A stretch of 63,115 bases of DNA, the filler included. It is 17 parts of 17 records of this genome, joined end to end, with 100 filler letters (N's around TTAATTAATTAA, not from the genome) between each part and the next. Parts side by side here need not be neighbours in the genome. Positions count along the whole stretch, not along the records: positions 52,729 to 56,249 come from SRR15195285_16179; positions 56,350 to 59,513 come from SRR15195285_16196; positions 59,614 to 63,115 come from SRR15195285_16240; 14 more parts are not named here. One strand, given 5' to 3'. The translations under genes and the position numbers were made by a program. The notes under the pieces are model-generated. The model made no database searches and was not told where the DNA came from. It saw nothing but the letters and a program-made list of their open reading frames with translations. The stretch's first letter is position 1; each line of letters starts with the position of its first letter. Positions 55,199-63,115 of the stretch are shown piece after piece.

Positions 55199-55969
55199 TC
55201 ACAGTCGCCCTGCAGCCCTAGCGCCTGTTGATGGGCCGACTCGCCACACCTCCATCTCGTGCTTTGTTCCCACTTTGTCGCCCGTTTGTTTCGACTGTGC
55301 AAAACCGAGCAGCGATGTTGTCGCTTGCCGAAACGCATCCCAGGCTTCATCCTCCTTGAAGCACAGATCGATCCAGCGTGGATGGACGGCCGCGCTGTTG
55401 CCGTGCTTCGCAATTGCCCGCAGGCCGATTTCTGCAGCATCATCCAGATTCCAGCCGTGCACTCCACAACCCAGTGCTGGCATCGCCACGTGGTCGACAG
55501 CAAGCCAACCACATTGGGCCAACACAGACGAATACGTCTGGGCTAAAAGATAGCACGACTCTGGACCCTGGTCGAACATGCCGTCGGGTGTCACCGCGTG
55601 GATCACGTGCTCGCAGCGTAGTGCTCCAAACGCCGGTGTGGACACTGCCTCACCCACAGCGCAGCGAATATTCCTGCGACGGCGGTTGAGTGCCTGTCCT
55701 CTTCCAATTCGCTGTAAATCCACATCGCCAAACACTCTGCATGCTTCGAGTAGCTCGGGCCCGGCTGCTGCATGGATCGCGCCGTTCGTGCCTTCGCGCC
55801 CAGCGAAGCGCCAGTAGTGCGCATTGTTGTTCGGCGCAAGAGCGGCATTGCTCGAGCTCACGATCGCGTCAGCAGGCCAGCTCGCGATGTCTGCGTGCCG
55901 CACCAGCCGGAGCTGCAGAGGACGCAGTGGCGCCGGGCGCCGGCCCTGGTAGGCAGCGTGTTCTGGCAT
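55199..55969 (-). CDS. Macro-domain protein (MacroD-type ADP-ribose binding/hydrolase)
   Basis: ADI...ADAIVSSSN, GTNGAIHAAAGPEL, GEAVSTPAF..L..EHVIHAV, VAMPALGCGVHGW. Confidence 0.88.
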   Translation of the reverse strand: MPEHAAYQGRRPAPLRPLQLRLVRHADIASWPADAIVSSSNAALAPNNNAHYWRFAGREGTNGAIHAAAGPELLEACRVFGDVDLQRIGRGQALNRRRRNIRCAVGEAVSTPAFGALRCEHVIHAVTPDGMFDQGPESCYLLAQTYSSVLAQCGWLAVDHVAMPALGCGVHGWNLDDAAEIGLRAIAKHGNSAAVHPRWIDLCFKEDEAWDAFRQATTSLLGFAQSKQTGDKVGTKHEMEVWRVGPSTGARAAGRL

Positions 55970-56571
55970 ACTAGCTTGTAGCTAGACCGTCTACAAATGC
56001 AAGCTGTGCGTGCGTGTGTGCCACGCACGTCATGGCATCGATTGATCCAGTGAGCACTTGTTCTTCCCCGCACACACACCACCACACCGGGCCCACCCAC
56101 GCACTCGCTCGGAGGCCACACAGCACACGATGCGAGCACACCGAGCACGCCAACACGCAACACGGCACAGATGACAGAGACCGATCACAGAGGGTGGCCG
56201 CAAATGCATGATACTATCTAGTATCACCGCTCCAGCATGCACTCCAACTNNNNNNNNNNNNNNNNNNNNNNNNNNNNNNNNNNNNNNNNNNNNTTAATTA
56301 ATTAANNNNNNNNNNNNNNNNNNNNNNNNNNNNNNNNNNNNNNNNNNNNATAAGACATACACGTGTATGTCTTATGTGGCGGGCAGACTCATCACATCGG
56401 CTGCGCTCGCGACGTGCTCTTTGAACAGACACACAATTGATTTGGCTGGGGATCCAATGATTAGTGCAGAGAACGTTGACCACGTTTCGTCACGGTAGAC
56501 AACGATTGCCACCGACCGACTCGTTGCGGCGGGTGCACGGCATTCATCAAAAACAACAATGCATTCATTCC

Positions 56572-59268
56572 TCACCAGTGCCCCAGGTCGGGCCATGGGA
56601 CTATACCATCGGTGAGCATGACATGCAGCGCGAACAGACCAATCGCCAGCAACCCACCACAGACTGCCCACACAACACGCCACACGTCTGCACGCCAAAG
56701 ATTCCTCGCCGCGATCGCATCGATCGCATGCAACTCATCTGCCACTTGCGACACAATTGTCGAATTGCCAATTTCCTCGTCCCTGCTATCGTGTGTGTTC
56801 GGGTCCGTGGATAGTGCAGACAGGCCCTTATCAGGGGATTGGTAGTTGGGGCTGATTGACACCCGCATGACCTGCTCGTGGAGATAGTCGAACACGGGAT
56901 CGGACAGTGAAGAGAAGCAGCAGCCTGCCGACACGGCTGAACGTAGACACGCAAGAGCCTGCTCCTCGTCACCCACGCTCGACCCTCGTGTATTGTCGAG
57001 CTGGCAGGTGGCAGCCGCTATTATCTGCGCTCGAAGCCATATCCAGCGACTAGTGGGCGGGCTGCGACCACTGTCGGCGAGCACTGACTCAATTCGAATC
57101 GGTGGCATCAATGCATCCATGTAGACCGTTGCAGTGCGCCACAACCAATTCGCTCGGCCATCTTCATGACAAAGATTGAAACAACACCGTCGATGGCAAC
57201 GTAGTGCCCTCTCCACCGCCCTCGACGTGTCCTCTTCAACCTTCAAAGCTTCGGTGCTCCGACCCAGCTCGCGGAGAGTCCGAATGAGCCCCGGGGCGGC
57301 GAGGAACGACCCTACGTTTGATGGTCCTAGTAACCGCTGTAGCATCTCGTGTGCTCCTGCAAAAAGCTCCACTGCCGCAATTTTGTTGCGGTTGGTGGAC
57401 GCCGTCTGTGGTGATCCACTGCCGCCGACGCCGCCGACACCGCCGACGCCTGCGCCGTTCATCTTGGAAAGTAGCCAAGCAACACGCACAGCTAGCATTG
57501 CCAGCTTGCATTGCTGTGAAAGATCCATAGCCAGCAGCGTAAGCATGCCGAAAATAGCGGTCAGCACACTGAGCGTCAAGTACATGGCGGATGTTCGTCG
57601 CAAATGGTAGCTAGTAGCAAACAGGCAGAGCCATGCACCCCACGCGCCGATGATCCCAGACGCCCAATTCACTATTCTCGACGAGGAGACGCAAACGTTG
57701 ATGAGTGGTGGCGTCCGTATCTGGTGGCGACTGCGCATGCCGTACAGCTGCATACCGCAGAGCCCGACCACAGCCCAACCAAACACTCCAAGGCCCAAAA
57801 ACAAGAATGCACGCATGCGCCTGCGGTGGAGCTCTGCCTCCCCGAGCGAGGTCGGCGAGAAGACCTGAAGGTAGATAAAGAGAGCGAAAGACACTGCGGA
57901 GACGCCGAAGTAGCCAAGCCCAGGAATCAGCACGATGGCAGACGGGTGCCTATTCACGCACCGCAGAAGACTCGCGCGACAGCATCCGTAACCATGCCGC
58001 TCCACTTCCTCCCTTAGCTCGGCAGGCCTGAGCGCGCGCGAAGTGGGGTTGACTCTTGTCAGCAAAGCTCGGCCAGCATCGACGAGCCAGCTGAAGAGAG
58101 CCATCCGAATCGCATCGTTAAGCGCGTGAAAACTACCTTCACTCGAGCGAATGAGGCCAAAAATATTGTCCTTATCTGGAGGGTGTGTAACCTCCGCGTC
58201 CCTTGCGTCGAGGCCCAAAATCAAGCTTTCAAATTTGGCGAAATTCTCGGATAGTGCTACTTGCATTGCCTGTTGTTGCAGCCGCGAGAGGACGACTTCA
58301 GCTCGGCCGCCTTCCACTTCAAGGCCTTTGTACATCTCATAAAGGCACCATACTCGCGTCGGTGGCCGCGGGTTGTGCCATGGCTCCATGCAAACGAGCA
58401 CGTGAGAGCAAGAAGAGAGGACCCTCCCGAAACCACCGCTGCTTGTAGACTGCATCTTCTCCCAGTTCGGCATGTCCTCTGCGGCTGCCATGCAGCCGGG
58501 GCAGTCTGCGTTGCACGGGCTGGCCATGTGCCCTTGCATTCCGACCTTGTCTGGAGGTGTGTGCCAGTGCTGTATCACTGCGAAAATATCGACCCAGTAG
58601 TAGTGGTCTGGGTGCTGCTCAGCATGTTCGCAGAGTGCTGCGACCAGCTCTTCCCATGGCGAATCCCATGAATGTGAGACAAACGAGCAGGCCTGTCCAA
58701 CGAAAGGAACGGCGCGGCAAGCTCGGTCGCCCCAGCCAGGCAGCTCCACGTAGCGACAGTAGCGTTCGTCAGTCTCCGGCTTGATGATTAGCTTGTGCAC
58801 ATCCCGTGTCGACAGAAAAGGGCGCTTCCGGCGCTGTCGCAGGTCTGACTTGAGCAGGTTTAGCTTTTCGCTCACCTTCTTTTTCTGACGCATGCGTACG
58901 GAATTCTGCCGCGTTAGACCGCCTTCAGCTGTTGGCTGCGCATCGAACTTTCGCAACTCTCGTTGGACCTTCTGGATTTCGTGCTCTAGATACGCGATGG
59001 CTGCGGCCGTGGCCTCGCGCGCCAGCTCATCGCGACCTACTACCTTCTCTCTTGTGAACATGCGCAAAAATTCCGCAGACACTGCGCGACCCTCGATGTT
59101 CGGGTTTCGGTGAACTATCAACCCAGTGACGGGGTCCACGACCACGTCAGGCGCCACCGTGATCTCCAGCGCGACGGGCCGGTGCGGCCGCGAGTACGGC
59201 ACGCTCAGCATCTCAGAGCCGCCGGCGCCGCCACTGCCGCCGGCGAGCAGCCCCTCGGACAGCGCCAT
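56572..59268 (-). CDS. TIR/HET-like domain plus transmembrane protein with a degenerate TPR-like tail
   Basis: FVSHSW...YYWVDIFAVIQH...PWHNPRPPTRVWCLYE, then 4 TM helices, AVELFAGAHEMLQRLLGPSN (KLC-TPR-like) and a C-terminal TM. Intronless, 898 aa. Confidence 0.7.
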   Translation of the reverse strand: MALSEGLLAGGSGGAGGSEMLSVPYSRPHRPVALEITVAPDVVVDPVTGLIVHRNPNIEGRAVSAEFLRMFTREKVVGRDELAREATAAAIAYLEHEIQKVQRELRKFDAQPTAEGGLTRQNSVRMRQKKKVSEKLNLLKSDLRQRRKRPFLSTRDVHKLIIKPETDERYCRYVELPGWGDRACRAVPFVGQACSFVSHSWDSPWEELVAALCEHAEQHPDHYYWVDIFAVIQHWHTPPDKVGMQGHMASPCNADCPGCMAAAEDMPNWEKMQSTSSGGFGRVLSSCSHVLVCMEPWHNPRPPTRVWCLYEMYKGLEVEGGRAEVVLSRLQQQAMQVALSENFAKFESLILGLDARDAEVTHPPDKDNIFGLIRSSEGSFHALNDAIRMALFSWLVDAGRALLTRVNPTSRALRPAELREEVERHGYGCCRASLLRCVNRHPSAIVLIPGLGYFGVSAVSFALFIYLQVFSPTSLGEAELHRRRMRAFLFLGLGVFGWAVVGLCGMQLYGMRSRHQIRTPPLINVCVSSSRIVNWASGIIGAWGAWLCLFATSYHLRRTSAMYLTLSVLTAIFGMLTLLAMDLSQQCKLAMLAVRVAWLLSKMNGAGVGGVGGVGGSGSPQTASTNRNKIAAVELFAGAHEMLQRLLGPSNVGSFLAAPGLIRTLRELGRSTEALKVEEDTSRAVERALRCHRRCCFNLCHEDGRANWLWRTATVYMDALMPPIRIESVLADSGRSPPTSRWIWLRAQIIAAATCQLDNTRGSSVGDEEQALACLRSAVSAGCCFSSLSDPVFDYLHEQVMRVSISPNYQSPDKGLSALSTDPNTHDSRDEEIGNSTIVSQVADELHAIDAIAARNLWRADVWRVVWAVCGGLLAIGLFALHVMLTDGIVPWPDLGHW

Positions 59269-59759
59269 CTCCCCAAAGGAGCCAAAGCCCGATCTCTATG
59301 GGTGGAGAGAGAGGCGATCAGCAGCGAGCCACGCCGCGGCGTTGCCAGCTTATCTGATGTAGAAATCGCGAGTGGAGACGCGCCAACGCCCAACCGCCAA
59401 CGGCCGGCGGCGAAATCCGAAAATCGATTTCTCACGAATGACGATTGACGATACTCGAGGAATATTAGAATCGAAGATTCTAATATAAGAACGGAAACTG
59501 AGCCGCTGACGGANNNNNNNNNNNNNNNNNNNNNNNNNNNNNNNNNNNNNNNNNNNNTTAATTAATTAANNNNNNNNNNNNNNNNNNNNNNNNNNNNNNN
59601 NNNNNNNNNNNNNGCCGTCCGTCAATCACCCCAAGTTCTTCGAGCTGAGCATTTCGTCCCATAAACTTCAGTGCCCAGGTTGGCTCCTGGATCGTAACAC
59701 ATGCAGCCTGTGACTTCAGCCCGCCGGTGGTAGGAAGATCGAAGAAGGGCGCCCAAGCG

Positions 59760-61952
59760 ATGATGGTCCGGTGGCGGCAATCGACTGGATTAGCACTGGT
59801 AGCACTGGTGGTGGTCATGCTGGTGGTGGTGGCGGCGGGCGCGGCCGAGCTACGTCAGCCTGTGCAGCTCTGCGGCTGCGCTGCGCCAGGGACGCGCGGC
59901 GCGGCACAGCAGACATGGGACTGGGGCCCGCGATCCGCAGCGAGTTCGCAGACGAAACCTTCGCCCATTCGGCTGCGCGCCGATCGCACGCTCTGCCTGC
60001 ACGCGGGAGCCGTGACGGGTCGAGCCGAACCACAGGCGCTCTTTGTCGCCGAGTGCTCCTCGGCCCCAAATCTGACATTCGTTCCGAAGATGAAGAGGCT
60101 AAACGCCCGCGACACCTCGGTGCTGCAGCAGCAGCGACCACTGGGTGGAACACAGAAGACGATGTGCGTCGACGCTGCAGGGATGAGTGAGCGGCTGCAG
60201 CTGTATGCGTGTATCGACGACGACAACGACCAGCAGTACGCGGGGATTGATGGCGTGGGCGCCATCGTCGATCTTTGGACAGGCTTCTCAAACTGTGTCG
60301 GGGTCGCGGGACCAGACTGCGCTGCCCCGCGTCTTCTGCCAGCACCGGCACCAGCGCCACCGCCACCGCGGTCGCCCAGTGGCTTTGCGGAACGCTGGTG
60401 CCCGCGCTATCACGCCTCCAGAGGTACCGACCCTTCGGGTGCTCTAATCTTTCACGGCGAGACATTCATATTCCCTGACGGTTCTGATGACAACACGACC
60501 ATTCCGCCGCACCACTACGGGTCCAAAGACCTGCTGACGTGGACGCGATATCCGATGGGGTGGGAGGGCGATACAGGCTCAATTACAGTGACTAGCCAAG
60601 GTATCTTCCGCATGTGGCCACAAGGTGGTGCTGCCGGGGCGATAGCTCGAGCGCGCCTGCTGAACAACGACAGCTTTCTCTCCAACTGGAGCAAGCCCGT
60701 TACTACTATTCCAGTACCAAACGGCGTCAAGGGAAAACCAGTAGCGAACTTTCGCGATCCGTCGCGCGCAGTCCAGCTCAGTGATGGGCACTACTATCTT
60801 GCGGTGGGTTCAGATGACGGCAATAACACAGGCCTTGGCTCAGGGATCACAGCAGATGGCGTCGCTGCCATGCGGTTGTTCCGTTCGGCAGACGACAGCT
60901 TGCAGGAGTGGACTGACGTTGGCATTCCATTTGTTGCTCACGCTACGCAAGGATATGTCAACTACACCAGTGGGGCCTGGAGTCCGAATCCTGTCACCCC
61001 CGCACCGTTCTTAGAGTGCCCAGATTTGTATCGCTCTGGTAATGTGGTTGTGATGGTGGCGTCATACAACGACTTTGCTGGGGTGCCGATGATGCATGGA
61101 CAGGACGGCATGTCCGCAGAGTGGCGAACTGGTATGTTTAACAACAATACTGATGGGTCCATGCGTTGGGAAACCAAGCACTCTGGTGTGCTTGACTACG
61201 GCGCGTACTATGCGCAAAAAACTGCGGGGGAGGCGTTGACTCCTAACGAGGGTCGCAGAGTCCTTTTTGCCTTCACGGGATGGCATGAGAGGACTGGTGG
61301 ATCGATCAACGCAGCGTGTGGCATCTCGCATCTGATGCCACGAGATCTGTCTGTTACGGCAGATGGCAGGTTGCAGATTACACCAGTTCCTGAGATAGGA
61401 AACCTTAAACTTGGAGACAGCAGTGCGCTGAAGATGGACGGGGAAGCCACTGTTTTGGGCAGCCAAGTTATGGTGTCGATGATCTGTACTAACGTACCCG
61501 AGGCACCACGGGTCGCGTCGGGAGTAGTCCCTCCACGCGCTCAGCGAGTAGTGGGTATCGATATCTTGCTCGACACAGCTGTTGGTGAGTGGACGCGTGT
61601 CGGATACGATCTGGACTCAGGCGTGCTGTTTGTGGATCAGAGCCACACGAATGCCCATAATCCGGCTCTCTCAGACGCCTATCAAACTACGGCGCCACTG
61701 CAGACCGTCACAGGCAGTACAACCTCGACCCTGAACATAACTGTATTGGTGGATGGCGGACTAGTTGAGTCGTATGCAAACGACCATGTCGTTATCAGCT
61801 CGTTGCTCTCACCATCTACAAACGGTTCGATAGCCGCGGAGATGCGCAGCGTAAGAGCGGTCTCAACTGGTCGTAGCACCAGTGGAGATATGGTCACCTC
61901 CACTGCTAGCTGCACTGCAACTGCATGGAAGATGCGGTCAATAGGCAACTGA
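59760..61952 (+). CDS. Secreted ricin-B lectin / GH32 beta-fructosidase-like protein
   Basis: Signal peptide; ricin-type QQTW and LC/CVD...QQY repeats; Pro linker; PRYH..TDPSG, SKDLLTW, TGS, FRDP, ECPD, LDYG.YYA, MPRDL...PVPEI, LVDGGLVE. Confidence 0.88.
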   Translation: MMVRWRQSTGLALVALVVVMLVVVAAGAAELRQPVQLCGCAAPGTRGAAQQTWDWGPRSAASSQTKPSPIRLRADRTLCLHAGAVTGRAEPQALFVAECSSAPNLTFVPKMKRLNARDTSVLQQQRPLGGTQKTMCVDAAGMSERLQLYACIDDDNDQQYAGIDGVGAIVDLWTGFSNCVGVAGPDCAAPRLLPAPAPAPPPPRSPSGFAERWCPRYHASRGTDPSGALIFHGETFIFPDGSDDNTTIPPHHYGSKDLLTWTRYPMGWEGDTGSITVTSQGIFRMWPQGGAAGAIARARLLNNDSFLSNWSKPVTTIPVPNGVKGKPVANFRDPSRAVQLSDGHYYLAVGSDDGNNTGLGSGITADGVAAMRLFRSADDSLQEWTDVGIPFVAHATQGYVNYTSGAWSPNPVTPAPFLECPDLYRSGNVVVMVASYNDFAGVPMMHGQDGMSAEWRTGMFNNNTDGSMRWETKHSGVLDYGAYYAQKTAGEALTPNEGRRVLFAFTGWHERTGGSINAACGISHLMPRDLSVTADGRLQITPVPEIGNLKLGDSSALKMDGEATVLGSQVMVSMICTNVPEAPRVASGVVPPRAQRVVGIDILLDTAVGEWTRVGYDLDSGVLFVDQSHTNAHNPALSDAYQTTAPLQTVTGSTTSTLNITVLVDGGLVESYANDHVVISSLLSPSTNGSIAAEMRSVRAVSTGRSTSGDMVTSTASCTATAWKMRSIGN

Positions 61953-62224
61953 TCACTCAGTCGGGCTCGCTGCAGTGCCTGAGCGACCCAAGTTTTGTCA
62001 TAGTGAGCTATTTCTACCGCTGAACTGCCTTCTAGCATCAGGTAGTAGCTAGTGTACAGTCACGTTCAAGCCCAATGAAACAACACAATGGACCCTGTAA
62101 CGTGGCATCGTCTATGCTGTGTTTTAAATCATGATTAGTGCGTCTAGCGTCACTGCCCACTACTTGCATTTTGCAACATTCGAACACTACATGTAGTACA
62201 TTGGAGAAGTGTACCCAGATTCGC

Positions 62225-63115
62225 TCAGTCATGCTGCCCAGGCTTCCACGATGGCTTCCGGGCTCCGGCGCCGGCGGCAGCGGCTGCCGCCTCGCCATCT
62301 GAGTCCGAATCTTCTGCCCCCATGGAGAATATCCCCCCAGCTTTTCCACGCAATCCACTGCCTCGTCTATCACGCTTCACCCTGTCAGTCCTTCTGCCCT
62401 TTGCACTAAGCCCTGAACTTAGGCCGCCAAGTTTTAGCGGAACCGATCCCAGCTTGAGAGCTCCTGCCGCCACCGGCACGCTGGCCGCATCTGAGATAGC
62501 TTCTTCTGTACTCGTGCTCACAGCCTCTGCTGTCTCGGCGACGGTGACGGCAGCGGCGACAGCAGCAGCAGCAACACGAGCCTGCTCTGCCTTGGCTGTT
62601 GCCGCTGCATATCGTGCCATGTCCTTTTCTGCTTGTCTTGCCGCAGCCTTCTTTTCACGAGCAAGCCGCTCGTCCTTACCTCTCTGTCTCTCCATCACCT
62701 TCAGCTCCATAAGCCGTTTCTTGTGATGATGGCCGTAGCTGTTCATGTGCTCATCAAAATTGTCCACATTCCAAAACTGCTTTGCACAAGTTTCGCAGTA
62801 GAAGTGCTTGTGATTGTTCACAACTACTCGCTGGGTCTCTTCCTTCGCTTCGTGTTTTTCGAGCCGTGCAGCCTTTTCCTCTTCCGTTAGGTTCAGCTCA
62901 ACCTCCAAGTACTTTTTTCTTTCTACTGCTGCTGTCTCAGCCATCTCGTCGTACTCAGTGTCCTTGCCAATTCCAATTGTGTCGCCCGCTGTTCGGAACT
63001 TCATGGTGACAGGCTCCAGTATACCATCTCCTTTGCGACCTAGAGCTGTTTTCTCTCGCCATCCCATTTTCTGCAGCAACTGGAAGCCGCGATTGCTGCT
63101 ACTGATGGCTGTGTC
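62225..63115 (-). CDS. G-patch / C2H2 zinc-finger protein (GPATCH8-like), 5'-truncated
   Basis: SNRGFQLLQKMGW..K.ALGRKGDGILEPV......GIG; FYCETCAKQF....FDEHMNSYGHHHKKRL. Confidence 0.85.
   Translation of the reverse strand, partial: DTAISSSNRGFQLLQKMGWREKTALGRKGDGILEPVTMKFRTAGDTIGIGKDTEYDEMAETAAVERKKYLEVELNLTEEEKAARLEKHEAKEETQRVVVNNHKHFYCETCAKQFWNVDNFDEHMNSYGHHHKKRLMELKVMERQRGKDERLAREKKAAARQAEKDMARYAAATAKAEQARVAAAAVAAAVTVAETAEAVSTSTEEAISDAASVPVAAGALKLGSVPLKLGGLSSGLSAKGRRTDRVKRDRRGSGLRGKAGGIFSMGAEDSDSDGEAAAAAAGAGARKPSWKPGQHD

Noticed and set aside
10937-59268. A defence island or operon of PARP, TIR, Macro and HET-like genes
   Set aside because: The genes are on separate contigs joined by spacers; physical linkage is unsupported.
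1-63115. tRNA, rRNA, transposase, integrase or viral genes
   Set aside because: None recognised by eye; a tRNAscan/Rfam/HMM search would be needed to exclude them.

Overview
This is not one continuous locus. It is 17 short contigs (about 3-6 kb each) joined by 16 artificial 100-nt spacers (44 N + TTAATTAATTAA + 44 N), so gene neighbourhoods across spacers mean nothing. The DNA is eukaryotic: GC-rich, gene-dense, with short GT-AG introns (about 40-200 nt, several with CTGAC/CTAAC branch-like motifs). It most resembles a heterotrophic marine protist single-cell or metagenome assembly; Picozoa-like is an inference from recollection and was not tested. About 27 genes or gene fragments are present: many glycoside hydrolases (GH28, GH10, GH31, GH27, GH32, GH18-like), a sulfatase, DUF4838 and DUF4185-like proteins, two MFS transporters, AADAT, a DHHC palmitoyltransferase, BTB-BACK-SPRY, F-box/LRR, Macro, G-patch and cNMP-binding proteins, and three intronless signalling or immunity-like fusions (kinase-PARP, ankyrin-kinase-TIR, TIR/HET-like-TM). 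The most interesting signals are not in the ORF track. (1) A family of TGACA...TGTCA palindromes occurs four times, and exact removal of the 67-nt copy restores a reading frame. (2) One intron is a TIR-bounded introner with a GG target duplication. (3) A 74-nt tandem exon duplication in the sulfatase has almost purely synonymous divergence, and either copy can be spliced out. (4) A SECIS-like hairpin with an atypical apical motif follows a PDI-like gene. (5) A dispersed repeat lies upstream of two unrelated genes.
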